Below the pieces are notes generated by a model that worked only from the letters and a program-made list of their open reading frames with translations, made no database searches and was not told the DNA's origin. A DNA stretch of 64,000 nt from Bigelowiella natans CCMP2755 (lineage: Eukaryota > Protista > Cercozoa). Positions 38,209 through 51,302 of the stretch are shown piece after piece. A program made the position numbers and the translations under genes. Each line of letters opens with the position of its first letter. Within the stretch, counting starts at the first letter, position 1. Where the stretch lies: the NCBI GenBank assembly GCA_000320545.1, contig ADNK01000411.1:1-64000 (forward strand). Reading direction: 5' to 3'.

Positions 38209-38788
38209 GTCAAACGGCCCTCCTTCTGCAGGGATGATGGCGATGATGAGGGGGGGAGTGGTAACAACTGCAAGCGAAAATCGCTTCGATGCTCCTGAGC
38301 ATCATCGTAGACCGTCAATCGACGATAGTGTTGTTCACGGCAGAGGAGATCGTTACCAAACCACCAGAGGAAGCATAAATGGAGGGAGAAGAGATGTGTG
38401 GCGAGAAAACAAGCAGAAGCCATTCCAGCATGAAAAGCCGCCACGGCACCAACCTCGTAACCTCGCACGGCAGGTGCGCCATGGGAATTTTGATGATGGT
38501 TCTCCAGGCCCACGTAGTAGCCACCCACTCCAATCACGCCACGAAGGATTCAGCCATTTTCAACAGGAGTCTCGGGAGAACAGGGGCTTTAGCCGTCCGG
38601 TAGAGCATCATCGTGAGAGGTATTATAATGACCATCGTGATAGGGAAGAATTCGTTGCAAGTTATGGGCCAAGGAGACCAAATCGAAGAGGTGAGTCTGT
38701 TGATCGCCCAGAGCCTGGCCATCCAAGCAACTATTTCGCGAGGAGAGATCGTGTGTTGTCAGACATGTCACGTCACCAACATTTTTGA
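33290..38788 (+). CDS. Large intrinsically disordered (RS/Q/H/P-rich) protein with a divergent YTH domain
   Basis: Long low-complexity exons flank the spliced segment RYFLLESKHLAQLEESMQQRRWVLP...LLDDAYE|...RVTLIFFVRRDRSFHGYATM...LAFEQAGDLKDSMSGTSV...AQEVDGRCGSKLCLIMD (36365-37030), which follows the YTHDC motif order. Confidence 0.8.
35194..35260. repeat. (TG)n/(TA)n microsatellite
   Basis: Read directly; lies in an intron of the YTH gene. Confidence 0.95.
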
Positions 38789-39319
38789 GTGTATCATAGT
38801 GGCGGTGCTTTCCTGATCGCATGTTGCACCGACCAGTTCGCTCTGCGACTATCCTGATCGATCGCAGCAATGCCTATATAACGCGCAATGAGCGATATAT
38901 GTCAAATGTATCATCGCGCAATTAATAACAGATCACACGTAACGGGGTGCTCCATTTGTACGTTGTGTTTGTGCAGACTTATATGAGTCTTATGATTCGT
39001 GCTGTGTACGTTAAGCAGCATTGGGACAAGCACTACTGACGCTTTGCAGTCTGCGGCGTTCACTAGCTGCGCTGCGCGTGTGCTGTTTGAAGTCTGCTAG
39101 TACGTACATCTAGACATACAGCTCCAGTGCATTGCTATGTTCAATCCTAAGCTCACAAATTTTTCTAGATCAATTGTCGTAAAGCAATAACGCAACTTTA
39201 GAGGCTTATGCGATGTTGTACAACCAAAAAATGGTGCAAGGTCGACGATTAATAATGGCATGCGCATGCATCAAAGAATTTAAATTTCGCCAAAGGCCGA
39301 CATATAAGACATAGCGTGT

Positions 39320-42300
39320 TCAGGTAAACATCAAGGAACCATGAGGCTCGTATTCATCGATCACATCTTTCCTAGCAAGGAGGACTTTGGCTTGCAAATT
39401 TCCATTTCGGCTCGCCTTCTCTAATAATTCGAACGCTTGGACTTTGTCGGGCGACTCCAGGCCCTTACCAATCTCTAGCATCATTGCTAGATTTACCATA
39501 GCTGCACTATTATTTTTTTGAGCTGAATTTCTGTAGTATTCAATGGCCTGTTTATAATCCGATTTGACTCCGAAACCTTCTTCAAACATAACGCCTAAGC
39601 AATTTTCAGCTTCTGCAGAATTGTGCTCCTTCACTGCCCTCTTGTATAGGCCTAGAGCTTCTTTGTAACGTTGGTTCTGGGTACGCTTGTGAACGCTTTG
39701 CCCTGGAAACGAATGGCCAGAAAACAAGAAGTGAGCACGCTTGAGAATTGCCTTCGGGAGTCCCATCTCACAAGACTTTTTATAATGAGAGTGAGCAACG
39801 CTGAGGTTTTTGCATATTCCCAATCCATGTTCATATATCTCGCCCAAGTGATAATATGCTTCTGCACTTCCGTTATCGGCTGCGTGAGAAAGATGATGTA
39901 CGGCCTTTGAGTAGAGGTTCTGCTTCAGAAACAAATATCCTAGACTTGCCTCTGCATCAACGTGGCCATGATTCATTGCACATTCGTAATGATACAGAGC
40001 CTTCTCCTCGTTTCTGGGAACCGCATATCCGCCTTCGTACATTCTACCAATATTTAGATGGCATCCAGCGTGATGATACTGTGCGCCTGTAGGAGAAATA
40101 GAAAAATTGGTGAACAATGGATAAGCTGGAACCAAAAAGGAAGAAGAAGAAGAAGAAAATGACTCACCTTTCACGAACCACTGCAGTGCAGATTTATGGC
40201 GCAGGCGAACGCTTTCCTTCGTTGATTGAGAGTCAGAACTAATCAGTTTCCCCTCATGGTCTACTTTCCCGTTGAATAGTAACAGGCCTATGTGATTCAT
40301 GCCATTTGGGTAGTCTAACCTGGAGAATCAGCGGTGGAGGAACAGCACAATAATTTGAACAAAATGTTCAACTTTCGTACAACGGCGAACACAAATAGTT
40401 CTCCAAGAAAATTAGAGATGAGACCTTGCAGCGTTCTGGTACCAATTTGAAGCTTCTTCTACACTTGTTTCTAACCCATATCTATTTCCACATTCCCACA
40501 TGTAGCCCAGAGCGACCATTGCAGCGGGACAGGGGGTATCCTTTGGGTCGTCCTACATAAAATAGTCCATTAATCGTCTACGCCGCAATTACTTTCTCAC
40601 TCTTATCTTCACATACTAGCGATTACGATGCTACCTCATCAAAAGTTGCAGCGAAGTGATAATATTCTTTAGCAAGAGTTGCAGCGTCGCTTCGTCCATA
40701 TTCTACATATTCTTCCTCGAATATTCGGCCTAACCAGTACTGCGCGTCTCGGTGTCCCATATCGGCGGCAGCCTGATAATACCACTTCGCAGTGCTCAGG
40801 CTTTCGATCCCCCCTTGCCCTAGCCTCAACATGTTCGCAAGACAAAAAAGCGCCTCTTTGTGCCGACCCTGAGTGACAACGAATAATATGTGAGATGACT
40901 GTCATCGGAGTGGTAAACTTCCAGATTCTAAGGGGTATCGAGGTAGTACAATCGTGGCGGCTTTCTTGTAACACTCCCTAGCCTTCTGCCAGTCCTGCTG
41001 TACTGAATGGCCAAAGAAGTAATCTTGGCCTTGCTTGAAAATATCTACTGCTTTGTCCAATGTGCCAGCGCCACGCAATCTGCCAATGGAGCATCGAATA
41101 TTCATGATCATGATAACCCACATCGTGCGTATCAAACATACTTCTTTTAACCTCATACTCTACTTCGATGAGAGGTTAAAGATATTTTTTGGTGACGACC
41201 TCAACAAAGCTGCATTTTTATCAAGGGAAAATGCTGCTGTGAAAGTGGACATCGATTCCATAGCGTCCCGTATAGCTCGCTGCACCAAGTTCTTGAAGCG
41301 ATAATTCAACGATTGGAAAAAAGAGAATCCTGAGAGTTAAAATGTTGGAACAACAGTTTCACAACTGCCAGAAGATATCCTCACAAAACCATAACCCTAT
41401 TACCTGCTTTTTTGAGCTTTTCCCACATATCATGCTCCATATCGAATTTCTCTGCATGTTCCTCAACCCACTCGGTAACATTTTTGAAGGCGTAATACGA
41501 GTGACTCTTCTCGTAGACAAGAAAAGTTTGGAGGAGGATCTTGAGCCTACAATCCCAGAAACTCACTCAACCCCTTCTATTAGGCATCATTTGCGAAACA
41601 CGGTGCCTACACTGCTTCGTGATTTAAAAGTGTGGAATCTACCTTCCCAGTCTTGCCTTTAATTCTCTTACCCCTTTGACTTTGAGTGCTTTTCTAAGCA
41701 ATGTCTTTCCTTGCAGTACTGTGAGATCTTCGATCAACTCGGCTACATCTTTCAAAAGCTGGTCCCGAGCCTCCTTCCCTTCAGGAGGGCCGTTCTGTCA
41801 ATTGAATGAGGGCACAAGAACTCCTTCATCAGAATATCACAGGGAGAGGAAAAGTGAAAGGAAATTAAGCATACTTCCTCTTCTTCTTCATGACGGATAG
41901 ACTCCATGGTGTGGGCAAATTCCTGTCTTCCCAATATATTGGTAGGGCCTACATTGAACCCAATTCTAGTCCCCGGTCTATTTTCAAGGTAGGTAGGACT
42001 ATTCCTCCCATTCAATTTCCCATCACCTTCCAATTCAGGAATGGCATATTCGGTAGGCTTGAAGTTTAGTGCTTGTGGGCTAAAATTAAATGATTTCGTT
42101 AAGTGCTTAGAATCCCTTCCTGCAGGAGAATCCGATCTTGTAGTGTCGAGTGGTCTGAAACCTCGTGCCATCGATCGCCCAAGCAGAGTGTTCCCAAGTG
42201 CAGGCGATGCTATACTTTTACGTTCGGTGCTGATTGGGTTGTACATCGAGGTTCCTCTCCTGGAGCTAACAGACATTGTTGGACTTCGGATGGTAATATG

Positions 42301-43452
42301 ATTCGCAGGGTGCGATTCTGTGCGCTTCCTATTCTCGAAGATTTTTTGTATAAACACCTCCTCATAAAATGATATCAGGATATCGAAGGTTGACTTCATG
42401 GTTTGTGCAGATTCTTCGATCTCTTTCCCATATTTCTCCTCCTCTTTTTGTGGTCTGTAGTCATCAGGTGTCTCTCTTGTGCGAACAAATGCTGGGGCGA
42501 AAACTCTGCACAAGTTGTCTACGGTCATCTTTGACGCACTGGAGTGCTGATTAACTAGATCAAGTAGTCCGAACAATTCTTTCAGGACAATCTTGTTTGA
42601 GTCTGGAAGTTTTTCTACAGCAACAGCGATGTCATTAGGCGACGAAGCTTCAAGGAATTTATCGTAAAAATAAGAACAGAATGCGGTATCGGGAAGCATA
42701 CGTAGGATCCGTTTTATTGCCGATGCGCAATCGTGGCAAGTATATTTATTGTCGATCTCAATTCGTTTTTCAAGGTAAGAGACTGGAACCGGACGGACAA
42801 ATTTCATATCAATTCTGGTCCAGAGTTTTTCATATTTGATCCAGTTTTCCCTAATTTCAGATGGCTGGATTTTACGGCCTCTTGGAATCTGACACATATA
42901 TAAATCTTTTTCAATTCATGTAGTATATCCAACAACATCTTTTTTGTGTTTTACCGTTGGAGATTCTTGCACTGCTGTTTCTGAGTTGATATCTTTGTAC
43001 CATGCAACTTTCGCCCTTTCACTAATCTAAATAACATGGTACCGATGATTCAATCTACGATGAAAATATGATCTTGGCAAAATATTTTGTCGAGGGAAAC
43101 TGGATTATGATTTGGAAGTTAGTTATATCTCTGTGTCCGGGATGCATACCTGGAAATCGGGTGTCCCGGCTTGATATAGGAGACTACCAATGAGATCTTC
43201 GACGCGCACATCGTTTCCATTCACACGAAAAATACCTTGCTTGTCGTAATCTTTCTTCTCTCTTATATTTCTTACTAGGTTCACGATAAGGCAAGCTAAA
43301 ATATCTGGAACCTTTTTCACTTTTTTCACAGCGGGAGACTTCGGGGTTTTCATCCTTTTCGACTCTGAAAAGCTAAGACTTGAGGCCCGGAAAGCCATCA
43401 TCGAAGACCAAATATTCGCAGAAATTGCCGTACGAAACCTTAGAACAACCAT
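39320..43452 (-). CDS. RhoGAP domain protein with C-terminal SEL1-like repeats
   Basis: VPDILACL...QGIFRVNG (Arg finger), HDCASAIKRILRMLP, LKELFGLLDLVNQHSSASKMTVDNLCRVFAPAF. Multiple SEL1 repeats follow (AKWYYQAAADMGHRDAQYWLG; AENCLGVMFEEGFGVKSDYKQAIEYYRNSAQ). Confidence 0.82.
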
Positions 43453-43665
43453 CTTGCTTTAACGACAATGATGATACCAACGAAGAATGAGCTTTCATTT
43501 TCTAAAATGTTCTCACTTTAAATGGTGATTTTTCTTGTTGATTGAAATCTCTATGATCTCGCTTCCTGTATTAACCACAAAGAAGTATTTTGTAAACACA
43601 CACGCACACACATCACAAACATATGTTTATGCACATATATCATATGTCATACATGTATCTACATA

Positions 43666-43704
<39 letters not shown>

Positions 43705-45003
43705 GTGTATATCATATATTGATATAATGTTGACACTCCGCATTCTAGGTCACGCTAGTATCATTTATCCACAGACTATCTATTCTAAATCTCAAACCTT
43801 TCTGCAGAACTATACCCCAATCAACTGCGTCGTCCCCTAACTGAAAATCATTGTACGTAGCTTCTTTGAAGCTGCTAATCCGTTTCACGTTCGCTAGATC
43901 ATAGAATTCTTTTTTGTTGGTTTTGTTGTTAGTCCTGGTAGAAAACAATGCGGCGAGGGAAGCCCGAGGTTTAGCCGGTACAAATGCCAACACGCCACCG
44001 GAAAAGGCACAAAACCTGGTATGTTTCCATTTATTTTTAACTCAAACACAGCAACGGAAATGAATCCACTTTGGAGGTCATTCTCGCATTTACCCATTTC
44101 GATATGCCTTATCCTTTGGCCCTTTGAAGCTCGCAAACCGTTCCGTTATCGCAGACATACGAAATAATTGTTAACTGCCTGGGCAAGGTGATACTGCGAA
44201 TGCTTATGACCCCCCTATGCAATTGGGGGTTCCCAGTGCATCTGCATTTTGAGTCGTTGCTGTCGGTGTGCACTATATAACAGGGTGGGAGCGACAACAT
44301 CACATGGAAGAAATTGGTTCAAAATCCCCTCTGTTTCTAGTTACACATAACGTCCAAAACGACGAACTAAAACGGATTCTTTGTAACGACTGAATTCTCG
44401 AGGAGTAAATGCCGGTCGATAGTGACGAATCCCTGGCGAATATCGGGGATTTTAGATGCAAACACCAGGGCGCGCTTTTCCGAACCTTCCCCCAATCGTT
44501 AAATTAGAAACGCCATTCAGCTAAGAGGAGGTGACACGATGATGATGATGGTGATGGTGATGATGAACATATCGGTGACGATTATCATGGCGGTGGTGGA
44601 TGATTGTTGGTGGCGATTATTGCTACCACCAAGCACCAAGAAGTATCATATAATGAACACAATCATTCCCATATCATGGTTGTTAGTAACACATGATTTG
44701 AGCAATGAATTTCTCTATTTACCTTGCCTCTCTCTTAGCTATTCTCACCCTTTTCATCTCTTTTCACCTCCCAAACCCATTCCATCGCCAAAAACTTAGG
44801 TTTAGGACGAGATAGAAAGAAGGACTTCTAGCTGTCGCGTTAATGTTCTCCAAAGGTCTGCAGTCTAGGCATAAGAAAGGGAGTGGGGAAATTCTTTAAT
44901 ATGCGAAGTTTGTGAACAGATCGAGATTTTTGGTTCAAATACCATCGTACTTTAGAGTCAATTGGCTCCCCATCTATCCTTGACAGAAGGACCTTATCGT
45001 GGT

Positions 45004-48000
45004 ATGATTGTTTCTATAACAGTTTGGCAAAAACCATACCTGCCGATCTTAAAGCATCGCAAATGGTCCAGAAGAGATTTGATTTTAGCTGTGGGAGATG
45101 TGAAAGAGGAATTGGTAATATCCAACTAAAATGGGGCATAAAATGTTTCACATTTAGTGAAGTCAACCAACAGAATCGAGCGCTCTATTTTGCTCCATTT
45201 TAATGGGAAAATAGAATATCCGATTTTGGTGGCTAATGGTTGATGTGAATTGACATAACAAAGTTACAATCATCGTTGTGTATTTCCTTTTTCAGGATCG
45301 ACAAATAGGCAAAACCGTGCTGAAGATTCATGGGGCTGCTCCAGCTAGTAACTGTGTTCAAATTCCGGTATTCCTCCTTATTATCATACTCTCTCCCATG
45401 ACAAGGGGAAAAACGACCTAATATTCTTCATGCACCAGGCGAGCAACTCTAGAGGCGGTCTTGGAGTGGCAGGACAGATTCTTTACATGATGGTCTGTCG
45501 ACCAGTCGGCAAGTCCTCAGACGTTTTCACGATTCATCTCGATTGTATAGCGTCGAATAGCCGCCAAGATAAAGTTGAGAAAAGAGTTCCATTTAAGATG
45601 GTTTTCAGATTGTCATTCAGTAACATGTACAAGTCGATTAAAATGACGGGACAGACAATACAGATTCCACTGACCCTGGAACAGGGACGATGGACAGTGC
45701 TCGCCATCGACATGGGAAAGCTTATTCATCAACTTGTGCCTTTAGAAAATTTCATGCAAGTCCTCAAGGAAAAGAACAATAAAGTAAAGCAAGGAGAAAG
45801 AGGTAAACGTAAGGGAGATAAATCCAAGCTCCGCCCCTTGGCCACGAATTGGAAATTCGAATCACTTCGGTCACTCAAGATGGGGGGAGCCGCTCTAACC
45901 GTCTGGACGATGTTTTCTTCTGACAATGCATATAGCCCATTCGACCTTCCTCGGGAAATGAAATTTCCCGGTCTAGCTGAAAACTGGCATGAGATGTACA
46001 ACTGGCAAGAATTACCGCAGAGAGAAACTTGGCACCAGGAGGAGGGAATCCTGCCAAAATCTGATAACAATTTCGTTCCAGAGACCACATATTCACATCG
46101 CAACGTAAAGAAGAGCGCTGGCGAATCAAATAGAAATTGGAAGAAAGGGTTGGCCGAAATGAATGCCATGATTGAGAAAAGGCAAGATACAATTCAGAGG
46201 CATATGATGTCAGAGGATGATTGTGAAATCTTTCCCACGGAGGTGCTGAAAGTAAAACCACCTAGCGTGGTAGCTAAAAGTGGGTCAAAGGTTCCAAAGG
46301 ATAACAACATGGATCCGGATCCTATATTAGAGCTAGAAAGGTTGGTAGCCTTTTCTCGGCCAAATAGCACAGGAGGCCGCACTGCGTGTTGGGTGGAAAA
46401 CGGGAAATCTATAGCGTACGCGGCCAGTAATATCATAGTCATAATGAACATCGAAACTAGGAACCAGAAGTTTCTAATGGGCCATACAGACCGCATTATA
46501 AGCCTGGTTAGTGGATGCAACGGAGGCCATCTGATAGCCTCGGCACAAGGAGGACAGACGCCCATTGTCAGGATCTGGAGCACGTTGGACTGTACCTGCA
46601 AATGCTACATGAATGTGCACGAAAAGGATGTTACTGCTATTGCTTTTTCTCCGCAAAATAAATTCTTGGTCATCAGTGGACATGATAGTAAAGGAAGAAT
46701 GCTGCTGTCTGTATGGGATACCTCAGCTGTTGAAGACGGGAAAAGGGCTGTAGAAATAGCCAGGCAGCTGTGTGAATTTGACGTTAAAAACATTAAGTTC
46801 TCTCCGTACATGGATGAATCTTCTCCTCGGCTGGTCTCGTGTGGAAATTCTAGTATTCGATTTTGGAGAGTCAGCAGAGGCCACCTCCCTGGACGAAGCG
46901 TCCCTTTAGAGCCCCAGAATAGGCAGAAGTTCACTGATATTTGCTTTAATCTAGCTTTCAAGCCGAATGATGAGCCTTCGAAGAGAGTGTAAGCATCACC
47001 ATTATTGTTTCTGAAATAAATATCTTGGATTCTGCGTTTGCCTACAAATGATATTCTTACGGCCTCAGGTTTGTTTCATCGGAAGAGGGTTGGATATTCC
47101 AAGTTAACTACCTCACGGGAAACCTTGAGTGCATCTTCAGGGTGCATGACGGGCCTATAAATTCGATGATGGTATTGCAACACGCACAAAATCATAGAGG
47201 ACAAATTATGGGAAATATAAGAAATATTCATCAAAGCATTTTCAACTACTCTCTTTTTCCTTATTTGTGTTGACAGTTAAGTTAAAATCAACTGTTGCTT
47301 TGCAGGTGAATCCAGGATTTTGTGTTACAGGGAGCGAAGATAGATTTGTGCGGATATGGCCGTTGGAATTTCTAGATTTCTACATGCAGGTGCAATTCAT
47401 GGCTGCTGTCCATAGCATCGATATATCTCCGGACGGTCTTTCCGTCCTCGTTGGAACTAAAGATGGATGTTTGGGAATTTTGGACCTTCAAACATCGAAA
47501 CATACCACGATCGTTAGATCCCATACGGACAGGATAAGAAGCGTAGTCATCGATCCAAACAGCACTGACCAGTTGACAACTGTGTCCGAAGACGGCTCGA
47601 TCAGGATTTGGTCATTTCCCAATCTGGAACAAGTTTATCAGTTCGATTGCAACAGCGGAGAAAAGATCATTAGTGCTGCCTATCATCCACAATCCTCGGG
47701 AGTGATTGCGTGCGGCTTCTCCGAAGGAAGCGTCCGGATCTGCGACATAAAGAATGCTGGAGTAGAAATAGAATACCAGCAGCACAAAGGTGAAGTTGTT
47801 AAGGTGGCGTACGGGCTGGATGGCCGGCATCTTTTAAGTCTAGGCCAAGACGCAACCATCTGTGTCTATGACTGTAACAGGAAGTATGAGCCTACCTGCA
47901 CGATACGGACATGTCCTTCCCACCCCTCAATGAGCGTGGACTATGTCCCTGACCTGCAGAAGATGGTGATTCTATACAAAGCAGAAAGCCACCCAAGCAT

Positions 48001-51000
48001 CCTTAATGCCATGGATATATGTTCCATGCAAAAAATCCATCAAATCGACTGCAAGTACGAAATATTGCATGCCGAGTTCAGCCCAGATAGGAAGGAAATA
48101 GCTGTTATTACGAAGATGGGAACTGCGTTGAGGTTTTCGTCAGCGTCGGGGTCCTTGATTGGATCCTACGTGGTACCTAAGGCATTGATTTCTCAAGAGG
48201 CTTCCTCTTCCTCCTCGATCTTCACCATTTCACCCCAGAATAGATACACGATTTCAGGGTCTGTGAATCAAGTTGTGGGAGTATGGGAATATCGGGGTAG
48301 TGGTGGTATTCGCCAAGCAAGATCGTTAGATGCTACTGCAAACTCGATGACCAACGTGCAGGTGGGTGTCAACCAGCTCTTAAGTTAAGATAGAACTCTT
48401 GCGCTCATGAATCTTTCTTTCTATAGCCTTGATGTCAGATTAACGGCGCACACATGAGCGATTAAGATAATTACATTTGTCGTATACTTTGTTGAAACTC
48501 AGATGTTTAGCGGTCACGATTCTCCTGTTATGGGAATTTCAATGCTCCCAGATTCGTCAAGAGTCGTTTCCGTGGCTGGGAACTCTATTTTCCTCTGGAA
48601 ATTCTTCGGAAAAGATATTCATCCAGAGAACAAGCTTGTACAAACTTTGAAAAACAAAATGCAATCGATTCGGAAGTTCTCTGACGATTCCTATGCCAAC
48701 GACTCAATTGATTACGGCACAATTTCGGATGAAGCTGCGTCTGTAATGACAAAAGAAGTGCCTGCAAATCTGGCGGGAAGCGACAAAAAGCATAGTACTA
48801 CTACTAGGCAAACAGAACAGAAACTTCCAAGTGATGTTGATTCAGACGGTGCGAATTCGCCTGCATCCCATCCTGTGAAAAAGGGGGATGACAAGGGCAA
48901 TCTAACAGAGACATCTACGACGAAAAGCGAAGAAAGGAAAACGGCAAAAGGCAAACAGAGTAAATCCCAGCAAAAGGAGAATACGACGCCAGATGAAAAT
49001 AAGGAAGTAGACGGTGGTATTGAGACGTCGCCACTTGGAAGCGATGAACGGGAAACAACTCTACCAGAGCCATTGTTTTCATCGCGTGGCGCTTCAAGTA
49101 ACCTTGGCACAACTACCCCTCCTACGAAGGCGTACCACCAGCCAATATTACCAAGCTTTTCGGGATTTGTGGTGGCTGAACGTGCAAGCTCTGAAGCATC
49201 GGCGAAGTCTTCGAAATTGTCTTCAGCAGAAATTTCTTCTGATTCCAAGTCGCCTTCAATTGACAATACCGAGAAAAATGCAGAAGCAGCAACATCAACG
49301 CCAGCGGGCAAAGAATACTCAAACATTTCATCCACGCCTATGTCTGAGCACTCACATCTCTCTGTCACGTACAGCGAGCCTCGATATCGTGAGACTGTGA
49401 GAAAAATATCAAGGCCTCCAACAATTGATCAGCAATTCTGCTTGGGAAGAGCGGAAAATATGGCTTGGAACCAAAGTAGCGGCATTCTGGCTCATTCCTG
49501 TGGCAATCTCATCTCAATAAGATATCTAAGGTCCCGCAACCCATCAGAAAATAAGCCGAAGTTCATCTGCGCACATCATGGGGCTATATCATCTCTGTCG
49601 TTGTCGCCGGATGGCAAGTATCTTCTCTCTACCGCTGCTTCATACGATCCAAATCGCAGCGCGTACCAACCTGATGAGTTCCTTATGCGATTTTTCGACA
49701 CATGCACGGGCACGCCTGTATTATCCATTTCCAAGAGTCAATTCTGCAGAGAGATAAAAAAAACTGAAGCAGAGATTTCCAACATTGGCGTCCAATTTGC
49801 TAAAATGAACGAATCATCAAATCTTATTGCAGCGATTCTCGACGGAAATATCAGATCTTTGTGCGTGTGGAGAATCGAAACTATGCAACACAGCGATGGC
49901 ATATCAAAGGTAGCACGCATATGTGCTACTCAGCCCCTGGAAAGCAGTCATTCAGAGATGATTGTAACATCTGAAGCAGACGGTAGCGCCAGCGACATCA
50001 TCGTTACCATGAGCCCTGTCGCTGTAGAATTGTGGGTACTTTCCGAAACATCTGGTGAAAAACTGACCAAAATTACAGCAAATGTTGGCCTGCAACGAGA
50101 TGAAAGGTGTTCCTGTATCGATATAATTTCCATTGCATCCAAAAGAATTCTGCTCATTGGAACTACAAAGGGCAAGGTCCACATGCTGGAGTTATCGTCA
50201 AAAGCTCCTGCAAACTTGGGTAGCTTCTTGGTATCTAAAGCATCCGTCCTGTCTTCACTATACAGTACCCCTATGGGGTACTTTTCCGTCGTCTCTCAAA
50301 GTGACAATACTATCAACACGTTCTACATTCGAGGTGCAAGCAAGTCCTCCATTGAGGTGGTCTTTGAAAGCTATAGTGATTCTCTTTGAGCGGCTAATTT
50401 GAGGCGTTTCTTGTTTTGAAGATACCCGCTTTTCCTTCTAACCTGGAAATGCTACATATGCTCCTTATAGGTACTGAGAACTCACCAGACGAGCGTAAAG
50501 TTTCCATGTGTGCGCGTCACAACGGATGCTGATCCAAGGTCCTGGTTAATGTAGAAGAAAGATTTTTTAAAAAAAGGGCGTGCTGGTTTCAATTGACCAG
50601 TTTTTGATGCAAAGATGTGATGGTGGTGCTGAGATTATTTTTGTGCTACAAATTAGTGTCGCAATTGCTTCTGACAGCAATGATAGTTTATGGTTTGTGG
50701 ATTTATTGGAAGATAAAGCATCATCATCATCATCATCATCATCGTCTCAAAAAGAAAAAGGTCCAGCTCGGATATTCTGTTCGTGACTAGCAAAAGCTCG
50801 TTTGTCATCAAAGCAATTTTCTTACGGTTGATAGATTCCTGTATCTGACGGTACTTACTACTATTTTCCAGGGAAGCTTCCAACTCAAAATGGAACTCTA
50901 TTGATATCTGGACATAGTTCAACTGTCCGAAAGGTCTCTGGAAACAGCACTTACCCGCTCTCCCTCTCTCACCATGCTTGTGTGTGCGGCCGTGACAGTT

Positions 51001-51248
51001 TGTGTATATATGTGTGTGTGTGTTGTGTGTGTGTGTGTGTGTGTGTACCTGGTAGGCGTTGTTCTCTGGCGGGACTTCAGGGGACGAATATTTAGTGTCT
51101 TGTGATGAAGATGGGGCGTTGGCTCTGTGGGATCTTCATTCTTCTACCGTTGGACACCGTCTCGTACAGTTCCAAGTAATAACAACGATTTTTTTGTAAA
51201 GTCAAATAGTCTTTCTCCTTTTGTGTCTGCATAAAAAGTGTGTGTTAT

Positions 51249-51302
<54 letters not shown>

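Noticed and set aside
43745-44799. Short ORFs between RhoGAP and WDR90
   Set aside because: No motif or consistent splice chain was found; probably UTR or promoter DNA, although an upstream RhoGAP exon cannot be excluded.
45002-45022. Nucleomorph-like 21-nt intron (and a 13-nt one at ~32575-32587)
   Set aside because: An in-frame ATG at 45004 makes the first unnecessary, and the second is explained by a longer intron using an upstream GT.
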